This document shows, one piece after another, positions 38,237 to 47,341 of a DNA stretch of 64,000 nt. This DNA is from a virus. The stretch is taken from the IMG/VR virus record IMGVR_UViG_3300046170_000470; one strand, given 5' to 3'. Every line of letters begins with the position of its first letter. The first letter of the stretch is position 1. The notes beneath the pieces are model-generated. The model saw only the letters and a program-made list of their open reading frames with translations. It was not told where the DNA came from and searched no databases. The position numbers were made by a program, and so were the translations under genes.

Positions 38237-40501
38237 ATGGCAGAAACATTAATTTCACCTGGCGTATTGGCTCGAGAAAACGACCAATCTTTTATTCAAG
38301 GCCAACCCGTAGAAGCAGGAGCTGCTATCCTAGGACCAGCTGCTAAAGGCCCTGTAGGCATTCCTACATTGGTAACTTCGTTTAGTGAATATCAAGCAGT
38401 TTTTGGTGGAGCCATCACAAGTGGCTCTTCAGAATATACTTACTTGACTTCAATTTCAGCTAATAACTATTTTTCCCAAGGAGGAGATTCGTTATTAGTA
38501 ACTAGAGTAAAATCTGGATCATTTAGTGGTGCAACTTCTCATAAAATATATAATAATGCTGAGAGTGGTGTAATAGATACTGATTCCATCTTAACTTTAT
38601 CCTCAGGAGGTGAAGGGGGTACCCCAGGTACCTATGAAGTTATAGCAACAGGATCATTAAACGGAACAGACGCTACATTAAGTATTACAACTGATACTAG
38701 TAATGGAAAATTATTAACTAGCTCTGCCTATATTGATAATATTGTTCAAAACACTACAGATGCTGTTGGTGGTTTTACCGGAAATTTTGGTCCTATCTCA
38801 AATATAACTTCCTCAAATGGTAGTGGAGCAGAATTTACTATAGATGTTACTTCTGGTGTAGTTGACGCAATTAATTGTACAACAACAGGTAGTGGGTACA
38901 TTGCTGGAGAAACTATTACTATACCAACAGAAGCTATAGGTTCTACGGATGCTTTAATCTTTACTGTTGAAGCCGCTAATTTATTTACAGAAGTTTCATC
39001 TACTACAATAACTAATGGTGGAAATAATTTTGCAGTTGGCGAAGAATTATCAGTAAATGGAGCCTCAGTAGGAAATTCGTCGGGATTAAGATACGCGGCA
39101 TTAGGAGCTGGAGATGTTATTAATGGAATTCCTTTTCAATTAACTACCCTATCTGAAGGTGAAATCATGAATAATTCAGGTTCAGAAGTAGGAAATGGAG
39201 CCTTAGCTAATGGGTCAAGTGATAATGTAAGATGGGAAATTGTTTCTAGCAATACAGGATCAGGAACATTTAGTTTATTAGTACGTAGAGGTAATGACAG
39301 CCATAGAAACAAATCAATTTTAGAATCTTGGACTAACTTATCGTTAGATCCAAAATCCCCAAATTATATAGAAAAAGTAATTGGTAATACAAGCTATTCA
39401 GTAGAAGTAGATGGTTTAGATTCATATGTACGTTCCCAAGGCGAATATAATAATAAAAGTAAATATGTAAGAGTATCTACTGTAAATTATAAAACCCCAG
39501 ACTATTTTGACAATGCGGGGAATGCAAAATCTGAATTTACTTCAAGTTTACCTTTAATTTCCTCAGGATCATTTACTGGTGCTGAAGGTAAATTATTTGG
39601 TTCTAACGCTAAATTTTACGATCAAATTGATAGTAATATCCAAGGTTTAGGACAATTAGATTATACATCCTCTATCCAATTATTAAATAATAAGGATGAT
39701 TATAAATTTAATTTACTAACAGCCCCAGGATTAAACCATTCAGATCATGCTACTGCAACTACTCTATTAGTCAGTACAGCAGATGCCCGTCAAGATTGTA
39801 TAGCTGTTATTGATTTAGATGGATATGGAACTAATATAGGTACTATGATTGATAATGCTACGTCATTTGATAGTTCATATGCTGCTACTTATTGGCCATG
39901 GTTACAAACAATTGATCCAAATACAGGACAAGTTGTTTGGGTACCTGCTTCAACTATGATTCCTGGAGTATATGCATTTACAGACGCTTCAAGTGACGCA
40001 TGGTTTGCACCTGCGGGATTAACAAGAGGAGCTCTTGGAAATGTAACAAAAGCAGAAAGAAAATTAACTACTACAAATAGAGATTCATTATACGAAGCTA
40101 ATATTAACCCAATTGCTACATTCCCAGGAACTGGAGTTGTTGTATTTGGTCAGAAAACACTACAGAAAAGAGCTAGTGCATTAGATCGTGTAAATGTGCG
40201 TAGATTATTAATTCAACTTAAGAGCTTTATTTCTCAAGTAGCTGATAATTTAGTATTTGAACAAAATACAATTGCTACAAGAAATATATTCTTAGGTCAA
40301 GTTAATCCGTACTTAGAATCAGTACAACAAAGACAAGGATTGTACGCGTTTAAAGTAGTAATGGATGATACTAATAATACTCCAGATGTAATTGATAGAA
40401 ATCAACTAGTAGGACAAATTTATTTACAACCAACTAGAACAGCAGAATTTATTATGCTAGATTTTAATGTATTACCAACAGGAGCAGTATTTCCTGAATA
40501 A
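38237..40501 (+). CDS. Tail sheath protein (gp18-like) with G/S/T-rich insertion
   Basis: ISPGVLARE, KGPVG, YWPW, WFAPAG..RG, INPI, GQKTL, RVNVRRLL, PTRTAEFI. Confidence 0.95.
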   Translation: MAETLISPGVLARENDQSFIQGQPVEAGAAILGPAAKGPVGIPTLVTSFSEYQAVFGGAITSGSSEYTYLTSISANNYFSQGGDSLLVTRVKSGSFSGATSHKIYNNAESGVIDTDSILTLSSGGEGGTPGTYEVIATGSLNGTDATLSITTDTSNGKLLTSSAYIDNIVQNTTDAVGGFTGNFGPISNITSSNGSGAEFTIDVTSGVVDAINCTTTGSGYIAGETITIPTEAIGSTDALIFTVEAANLFTEVSSTTITNGGNNFAVGEELSVNGASVGNSSGLRYAALGAGDVINGIPFQLTTLSEGEIMNNSGSEVGNGALANGSSDNVRWEIVSSNTGSGTFSLLVRRGNDSHRNKSILESWTNLSLDPKSPNYIEKVIGNTSYSVEVDGLDSYVRSQGEYNNKSKYVRVSTVNYKTPDYFDNAGNAKSEFTSSLPLISSGSFTGAEGKLFGSNAKFYDQIDSNIQGLGQLDYTSSIQLLNNKDDYKFNLLTAPGLNHSDHATATTLLVSTADARQDCIAVIDLDGYGTNIGTMIDNATSFDSSYAATYWPWLQTIDPNTGQVVWVPASTMIPGVYAFTDASSDAWFAPAGLTRGALGNVTKAERKLTTTNRDSLYEANINPIATFPGTGVVVFGQKTLQKRASALDRVNVRRLLIQLKSFISQVADNLVFEQNTIATRNIFLGQVNPYLESVQQRQGLYAFKVVMDDTNNTPDVIDRNQLVGQIYLQPTRTAEFIMLDFNVLPTGAVFPE

Positions 40502-40543
40502 AAACACAAAAATAGAATATTTATAATAAAATAAAAATATAAA

Positions 40544-41032
40544 ATGGCAGTATTAGATCCTAACGAAATATTTTACACGGCATTTGAGCCAAAACAAAAG
40601 AATAGATTTATTCTTTATATTGATGGATTTCCTTCGTACATTATGAAGGGTGTCGGAGCCGTAACTGTATCACAAGGAACAGTACCTTTAAATCATATTA
40701 ACGTTCAACGTTTTGTAAAAGGTAAAACAACTTGGGGTACTATCCAATTCACATTATTTGATCCTATTACTCCTTCTGGTGCTCAAGCAGTAATGGAATG
40801 GGTACGTTTACACCACGAATCAGTAACTGGTCGTGATGGTTATAGTGATTTCTACAAGAAAGACTTAACTGTAAATGTATTAGGACCTGTAGGGGATATT
40901 GTATCAGAATGGATTATAAAAGGTGCTTTAATTACAGAAGCTTCATTTGGAGATTTCAATTGGGATACTGAAAACGCTGCTCAAGAACTTACAATGACAG
41001 TTCAACCAGATTACTGTGTATTGAATTTCTAA
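40544..41032 (+). CDS. Tail tube protein (gp19-like)
   Basis: FEPK..NRF, W-x-x-I, LGPVGD..EW; follows sheath. Confidence 0.9.
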   Translation: MAVLDPNEIFYTAFEPKQKNRFILYIDGFPSYIMKGVGAVTVSQGTVPLNHINVQRFVKGKTTWGTIQFTLFDPITPSGAQAVMEWVRLHHESVTGRDGYSDFYKKDLTVNVLGPVGDIVSEWIIKGALITEASFGDFNWDTENAAQELTMTVQPDYCVLNF

Positions 41033-41064
41033 AAATTTACCCAACCCTCATACCTCAAAAAATT

Positions 41065-41095
41065 GCTTGGCTTCGGTCAAGCTTTTTTTTATATT
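41065..41095 (+). terminator. UUCG-loop terminator overlapping promoter TTGG-N17-TTTATATT
   Basis: gcttggc-ttcg-gtcaagc plus T-run; TTGG at 41067-41070, TTTATATT at 41088-41095. Confidence 0.8.
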
Positions 41096-41102
41096 GAACG
41101 TC

Positions 41103-41453
41103 AATACTAAAAGGAATAGTTCTTTGACATTTAAAAATAATAAGATATGGAAAATTTAGAATTTGTTTTAGGTGTCCTATCCACAGTAGGTGTATTCTTA
41201 GTAGGGTATGCTTCGATAGGAGTGTTTAAGGTGAAAACCAAAGTTAGAGATGTTAACCAATCTGTAGATAATGCTTATTTAGCTATGGATGAAATCGGTA
41301 AAGATTTTAATAATAATATTAATGATTTACGATTAGATTACCAAAATCAAATTGATGAAATTTATAGGCAAATAGATTCAAGATTTGATAAATTTGAAAA
41401 TAAAATAAATAAATAATTACTAACCCGTTTTAAGAACTTTCCTTTTTAGTATT
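41103..41453. repeat. 22-bp imperfect inverted repeat (41103-41124 / 41432-41453) enclosing one gene
   Basis: aatactaaaaggaatagttctt vs reverse complement aatactaaaaaggaaagttctt. Confidence 0.85.
41147..41416 (+). CDS. Small membrane protein (N-terminal TM + coiled coil)
   Basis: FVLGVLSTVGVFLVGYASIGVF followed by a helical charged segment. Confidence 0.7.
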   Translation: MENLEFVLGVLSTVGVFLVGYASIGVFKVKTKVRDVNQSVDNAYLAMDEIGKDFNNNINDLRLDYQNQIDEIYRQIDSRFDKFENKINK

Positions 41454-41489
41454 TATTAACGATAAAAAAGTTTTAATTAAATAAAGATT

Positions 41490-42215
41490 ATGGCCGAATT
41501 TAAATTCCCAACCGAAGAAGTTGAGTTACCATCTAAAGGATTAGTTTATCCTGAAGATAATCCCCTTTCAAGCGGTAAAGTAGAAATTAAATATATGACT
41601 GCTAAGGAAGAAGATATACTTTCAAACCAATCATACATCCAAAAAGGTACAGTATTAGACAAATTATTAGAATCTGTTGTTGTATCTTCTGATGTTAAAA
41701 TAAAAGATTTAATTATTGGAGATAAAAATGCATTATTAATTGCTACTCGTATTCTAGGGTATGGAAAAGAATATAAGTTTAATTATGGTAAAGAATTAAG
41801 AACTGTTGATTTAACTGAGATAGAAAATAAAGAATTTGATACCAACTTAATTAATAAAGGAGAAAATTCATTCCCTTTTGAATTGCCCCATAGTGGTAAT
41901 AATATAACTTTTAGAATATTAACAGGTCATGAAGAATCTAAAATTGAAAAAGAATTAGCAGGCCTTAAAAAAATTAATAAAGAACCTTCAGAATTAACTA
42001 CTAGATTAAAATATATTATTACATCAGTAGGTGGAGATAATGATTCTAAAACAATTAGAGAATTTGTTGATAATTATTTATTAGCAAGAGATTCTAGATC
42101 TTTAAGAGAATATATTAGACAAGTTCAACCTGATGTTAATCTTAACTACCAGTTTGAAGATGGAGAGGAGGTAGTTATCCCAATAGGGATAGGCTTTTTT
42201 TGGCCTGACTTCTGA
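41490..42215 (+). CDS. Tail assembly chaperone / baseplate-hub assembly-like protein
   Basis: LPSKG..Y, MTAKEEDIL, GD..ALLI..R..GYG, DSR.LR, ends FFWPDF; upstream of tape measure. Confidence 0.75.
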   Translation: MAEFKFPTEEVELPSKGLVYPEDNPLSSGKVEIKYMTAKEEDILSNQSYIQKGTVLDKLLESVVVSSDVKIKDLIIGDKNALLIATRILGYGKEYKFNYGKELRTVDLTEIENKEFDTNLINKGENSFPFELPHSGNNITFRILTGHEESKIEKELAGLKKINKEPSELTTRLKYIITSVGGDNDSKTIREFVDNYLLARDSRSLREYIRQVQPDVNLNYQFEDGEEVVIPIGIGFFWPDF

Positions 42216-42495
42216 TAGCGCTCCTTCATTAAGAAGAAATTTATTTAAACAAATACATGAAATAGTCTTCCATGGTAAAGGTGGATATGACTATGACACA
42301 ATTTACCATATGCCTATATGGTTAAGGAAGTTTACTTTTTCTGAAATAGATAAATTCTATACTAAAGAAAAAGAAACTATTGAAAACAAAAATACTTCAG
42401 GAAGTAAAAATCTTATTAACCCTGATGGTACAGTTAATACCCCTGAATTTATGAAAGCTTCTCAAGACTACAAGGGTAAAACAAGTTATAAGTAG
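42199..42495 (+). CDS. Downstream chaperone ORF, probably reached by +1 frameshift (G/GT-like)
   Basis: The +1 frame is open from the T7 run: FGLTSDSAPSLRRNLFKQIHEIVFHGKGGYDYDTIYHMPIWLRKF... Confidence 0.65.
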   Translation, partial: FGLTSDSAPSLRRNLFKQIHEIVFHGKGGYDYDTIYHMPIWLRKFTFSEIDKFYTKEKETIENKNTSGSKNLINPDGTVNTPEFMKASQDYKGKTSYK

Positions 42496-42520
42496 CAATA
42501 TTTATAACATATAGTTTACT

Positions 42521-44908
42521 ATGGATGAAATTAATAAGTTAAATGAGGACATTGCCAAATTAAGAAGGCAATTAGGGCAAAGCCCTATTAAACTTTTTCA
42601 AGAAAATGAAATTGAAGAAGCTAAGTTAGCTTTATCTGGATTAAAAGCAGAAATTAAGGAAATCCAAAATGATGCTGTAAATCTAGCAGGTGCATTTCGC
42701 GAAACTGTTAATGAAATAAGAAATCAAGGTAGTGCATTAAAAGATAGCACTAAAACTCTTAGGGGATTACAAAGTATATCTCAAAAAATCAAATATGATC
42801 AAGAAGGTATAGGTAAACTTTCCATAAAAGAATTACAAACACTAAAAAAACAAGCAGAACAAAGAAAATCTGACCTTAAAGAAAATTTAGATCAACTTAC
42901 TAGAAGAAGACAAGAATTAGAGTCTGGAATAAGCTTAAATAAAAAGGCAACAACTGAATTAAAAAGTATAAGAGCCGCAGAAGCATCTATTAAAAATGAA
43001 TTAGAAGGCACAATTGAGGGAAGAAAAAAAGAATTAGGATTAGTAGATAGTCTTAATATTGCTATTGATGAAAGGATAGAAAGAGAAAAAAATATCCAAA
43101 ATAGTCTAGGAATTTCAGGTGGAATTCTTAAGAGCATTGAGGGAGCCATGAATAAAATAGGTCTTGGTGCTTTATCTCAAGCTATAGGATTTAATGATAT
43201 AAATAAAGAACTTCAAGAATACGCTGAAGAATTAGAAGATTCAGAAGAAGGACTTGATGCGAACACAAAACAGTCTTTAGTACTAGGTAAAGGGTTTGAA
43301 CTTGTTGGAGATAAAGTTAAAAAAGCTTTAAGTGATCCTATGGTTGTTATAGCTATTGGATTAAAGGCTATAGGTGCTTTAACTTCTGCACTTTCAAAAG
43401 GATTTGCTAGAAGCCAAGAAAATACGGGGGCATTAGCTAAAAACTTAAATATATCTAATAAAGAAGCAATGCAATTAAGTAGAGGGATGTCTGCTGCTTC
43501 TTTTGGTTCAGATGCTTTATTTTTATCAAGTAAAGGATTAACAGAAACCCTAGTTGAAATTAATAAAGAATTAGGAACAAGTATACAATTTTCAACCCAA
43601 CAATTAGCTACCTTTACTAAACTAAGAGAAACAGCTGGATTGACTAATGAAGAGTTAATGGGTATTCAAAAACTTTCTCTTGCTAATGGTCAATCTTTTG
43701 ATGCTAATGCTGATAGTTTATTAAATCAAGTTTCAGCTTTAAATAGAGCTAGTGGAATTTATATAAACGAAAAACAAGTATTAAAAGAAATCTCATCCCT
43801 TTCAGCTGCTACTCAATTATCATTAGGTAAAAATCCAAAAGCATTAGCTGAAGCTGTTACTGTAGCTAAAGCTTTAGGTATGGAAATGTCTAAAGTTGAA
43901 AGCATTGCTGATAGTTTATTAGATTTTGAATCATCAATTAGTAATGAATTACAAGCAGAATTATTAATTGGTAGAGATATTAATTTAGAAAAAGCAAGAC
44001 AAGCTGCCTTAAATAATGATTTGGCTACTTTAGCTAAAGAAATAGCGGATCAAGCTGGAACTGCTGCTGAATTTTCTCAAATGAACAGAATCCAACAAGA
44101 TGCTATTGCTAACTCTGTTGGAATGGGTAGAGAGGAATTAGCTCAAACTTTATTTGTACAAGAACAATTAGCAGGAGCTAGTGGAGAAGAAGCAGAAAGA
44201 AGACAAAAAGTATTAGATGCTAGAATAGAAGAAGTTGGATTGGCACAAGCCCAAAGGGAATTAGAAGAGGGAGGTTTAGAAAATATGTTAAATCAAGCCA
44301 CTGCTACAGAAAAAATGCAAGCTTCTCTAGGGAAAATTAATGAATTATTTACAGCTTTAGGAGCAATGTTTGCACCTATAGTAGATATGTTTGCTAGTAT
44401 TGCTGGGTTTATAGCAGAATCTCGAACTGCTATGGTACTTTTTAGTGCAGCTATTGGAGCTGCAGTTACAGTATTAGGTGCTTTAGCCATAAAATCATTA
44501 ATTGCTGCTGCTAGTCAAATTATGTTTTCTTTTTCCCAACTTCCTTTCGGTATAGGTATTCCACTAGGTCTTGCTGCTATTGGAGCTTTAGGGGGAGTAA
44601 TATCAAGTCTAACTGCAACATCAAAAGCAGATGATATCCTTTCAGAAGGAGGAAGTGGAAGTGGTTACGGTAAAAGAATGTTATTAGCCCCTGAAGGTGC
44701 TTTTGCTCTAAATAATAAAGATACTGTTATAGCAGGAACTAATTTATTTAGAGGAGATGATGTTATATCAGCAGGAGCGGGACAAGTTAATGTATCCTCA
44801 CAAGGCAATAAAACAGGTGAAAAAACTAATATGTTATTAGAAAAATTAATTGGTCAAAATGCTAAAAAACCAGAAATATCTCCTGTGGGTTTATACGAAA
44901 TTGCTTAA
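42521..44908 (+). CDS. Tail tape measure protein
   Basis: 795-aa helical A/L/E-rich protein with hydrophobic segments near the C-terminus; follows the chaperone. Confidence 0.85.
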   Translation: MDEINKLNEDIAKLRRQLGQSPIKLFQENEIEEAKLALSGLKAEIKEIQNDAVNLAGAFRETVNEIRNQGSALKDSTKTLRGLQSISQKIKYDQEGIGKLSIKELQTLKKQAEQRKSDLKENLDQLTRRRQELESGISLNKKATTELKSIRAAEASIKNELEGTIEGRKKELGLVDSLNIAIDERIEREKNIQNSLGISGGILKSIEGAMNKIGLGALSQAIGFNDINKELQEYAEELEDSEEGLDANTKQSLVLGKGFELVGDKVKKALSDPMVVIAIGLKAIGALTSALSKGFARSQENTGALAKNLNISNKEAMQLSRGMSAASFGSDALFLSSKGLTETLVEINKELGTSIQFSTQQLATFTKLRETAGLTNEELMGIQKLSLANGQSFDANADSLLNQVSALNRASGIYINEKQVLKEISSLSAATQLSLGKNPKALAEAVTVAKALGMEMSKVESIADSLLDFESSISNELQAELLIGRDINLEKARQAALNNDLATLAKEIADQAGTAAEFSQMNRIQQDAIANSVGMGREELAQTLFVQEQLAGASGEEAERRQKVLDARIEEVGLAQAQRELEEGGLENMLNQATATEKMQASLGKINELFTALGAMFAPIVDMFASIAGFIAESRTAMVLFSAAIGAAVTVLGALAIKSLIAAASQIMFSFSQLPFGIGIPLGLAAIGALGGVISSLTATSKADDILSEGGSGSGYGKRMLLAPEGAFALNNKDTVIAGTNLFRGDDVISAGAGQVNVSSQGNKTGEKTNMLLEKLIGQNAKKPEISPVGLYEIA

Positions 44909-44934
44909 TCTAATATTTATAACAAAATAAAATT

Positions 44935-45144
44935 ATGGGACTATTAAATAAATTACAATCTATAGGTTCAGTATTATCAAGAGGTAATGGTTCAACTCCA
45001 TCTACTCCTGATTTTGCTGCTTCTAAATTACACAGAAATTATTCAATTACGGGTACACCTAACATTCAAGGTAAACCTGCTGAATCAGAATTAGATTTGG
45101 ATGGAGAAACTCCCTCTAAATATATGGATAATTTACCTGAATAA
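44935..45144 (+). CDS. Small tail/baseplate-region protein
   Basis: Late motif at 44913; SELDLDG..P.KY. Confidence 0.6.
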   Translation: MGLLNKLQSIGSVLSRGNGSTPSTPDFAASKLHRNYSITGTPNIQGKPAESELDLDGETPSKYMDNLPE

Positions 45145-45155
45145 ATCTTTTATAA

Positions 45156-47037
45156 ATGGGATTAGTTGATTTAAGAACAAACTTAAAATCCCTACGATAC
45201 GGAAAAGATAAAATTGGAGGGGGGTCTAGTAACCAACCATATATCAAAACAGATATACCTGATAGCTTTTCAGACGTAGGACAAACTGGGGGGACCAGAT
45301 GTTATTTTACGAGGTGGAACTTTAGTACCTGGTAGAGCGGCTAGGGATGTTTCTAGATTAGCTCAAATGTTTTTTGATTTTAAATCAATTGGAGGTCCAT
45401 TATTTATAGCTAAACAAAATTTATTATCTCGTACTTCTGTTGCTATAAATGCTTCTAATGCTGAAGGTAATCAAGGTAAAATATTAAATGACGGTATATA
45501 TTTACCTACTTCTACTTTATTGCAAGCTGGTGGAAACGCTATAGGCCTGCATTTAAATAAACAAGGACTTAATCCTTTTATTTTTGACAAAGAAAATATT
45601 GGATATAATAAGATAATGAAACCTTTTATTTCAACTAATGAAAAAAAGGAATATGGTAGGTTAGTAGAACTTACAAATGAAAAATTATCTTTAACTTCTA
45701 CTCAATCCCAAAACCTATTTAAATATTCAGGGGGTCCTAATTCTGTATTAGGGATAGGTAAAACCAAAATTAGAAGATTTTCAAACACCACAGAAGATAG
45801 AAATTATACTGTAGGTAAGTTTTCTTTTAATAAACCCGCAGAAAATGTTCCTAGTGACTTAATTCCTAGAGATCCTAATCTTGCAGAATTATCATCAGGA
45901 GGAGACGTAAATACCACCCCCATAAAAGGATTTTACAAACCAAGTAAATATGTAAATTTAAGAGATGGAAAGTTATTAATTCCTATAGATCATCAAAAGT
46001 TTTTAGGGGTATCACCTCTTTATGCTTCTTTATTTCCTGAATCCCAAGGAAAATTAAAAGAAGGGTGGGTTCAAAATAATGTAGGAAATGGTTTAGAAGA
46101 CAAATATAGACCAAATAGATATAATAAACCCTCACAGGAAAACCCAACTATTCAAGAAGATTTTAGAACTAAAAGTGATGATCCTAAAACTTCTTCCTTT
46201 AGATTAGATTATAGTGGGGGAGATGCTAAAAATATAGAACAAAGAGTCGGTTTAGGAAATCCTGGTAAGAAAAAAACTAGAGAAGAATTAGCTAATTACC
46301 AAAAAGGTTTAGGAGAATTAGATAAAGTTAACTCATTAAGACTATACAAATCAGAAACAGTTACTTCTAACCCCGAAAAAAACGATTTAGTCAAATTTAG
46401 AATTGGAATTATTCAAAATGATGACCCATCAGAAAAGGTATTTATACATTTTAGAGCGTTTTTAGATTCTATGTCTGATGATTATAGCGCAGATTGGACA
46501 TCTGATAAATTAATGGGTAGAGGAGAAAATTTTTATAGATATAATGGGTTTGATAGAAAAATTTCATTAGGTTGGACAGTAGTAGCTCAATCTAAAGATG
46601 AATTAATTCCAATGTATCAAAAATTAAATTATTTAGCTTCAACTTTAGCCCCTGATTATTCTAAAAATATAGGGTACATGAGAGGAAATCTAGCAACTCT
46701 AACAGTTGGTGGGTATTTATATGAACAACCTGGAATTATTACAGGTTTATCTTATAGTGTTCCTGAAGAATCACCTTGGGAAATAGGTATACCAGCAAAA
46801 GGTGGAGCAGATCCAGACAACCCAGAATTTAAATCCGATAAATCAGTAAAAGAAATGCCCCATATGATTAAAGTATCTGGGTTTAACTTTATACCAATTC
46901 ACGAATTTGTCCCAAGAACACAACAGAATAGATATCTTGGAAAAGATGGAAGTTTAAGTAAATTTGGTAAAGAAAGATATATATCTTTAAATAATGGGTA
47001 TAATAATAATTATGATGGTGTAAACTATATTAAATAA
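45156..47037 (+). CDS. Baseplate/tail-tube initiator-like protein; +1 indel in G-run near 45290
   Basis: MGLVDLRTNLKSLRYG... joins ORF 45367; FRAFLD...W...GRGENFY.Y.GFDR...LTVG.Y. Confidence 0.7.
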
Positions 47038-47339
47038 TGAGAAGATACCAAGACATAAAAATATTAAATGATCTTAAAGGGAAAAGATATTATGGTACTA
47101 CTAAATACCCTGAAATACCTATATCCTTTGAAGATATTTATGTTTATACCACACAAGGAGATAGATTTGATTTATTAGCCCAACAGTATTATAGTGATTC
47201 GTCTTTATGGTGGATAATTTCTTCAGCAAATAGTGCCCTACCACAAAATTCTTACTATATTCCAGAAGGCCAACAAATTAGAATACCTCAAAATATATCT
47301 GGGGTATTATCCCAATTTAAAGCCTTAAATGAAAGATAG
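47037..47339 (+). CDS. LysM-like baseplate wedge protein
   Basis: GDRFDLLAQQYY.D..LWWII..AN...G..IRIP. Confidence 0.8.
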   Translation: MRRYQDIKILNDLKGKRYYGTTKYPEIPISFEDIYVYTTQGDRFDLLAQQYYSDSSLWWIISSANSALPQNSYYIPEGQQIRIPQNISGVLSQFKALNER

Positions 47340-47341
47340 TT

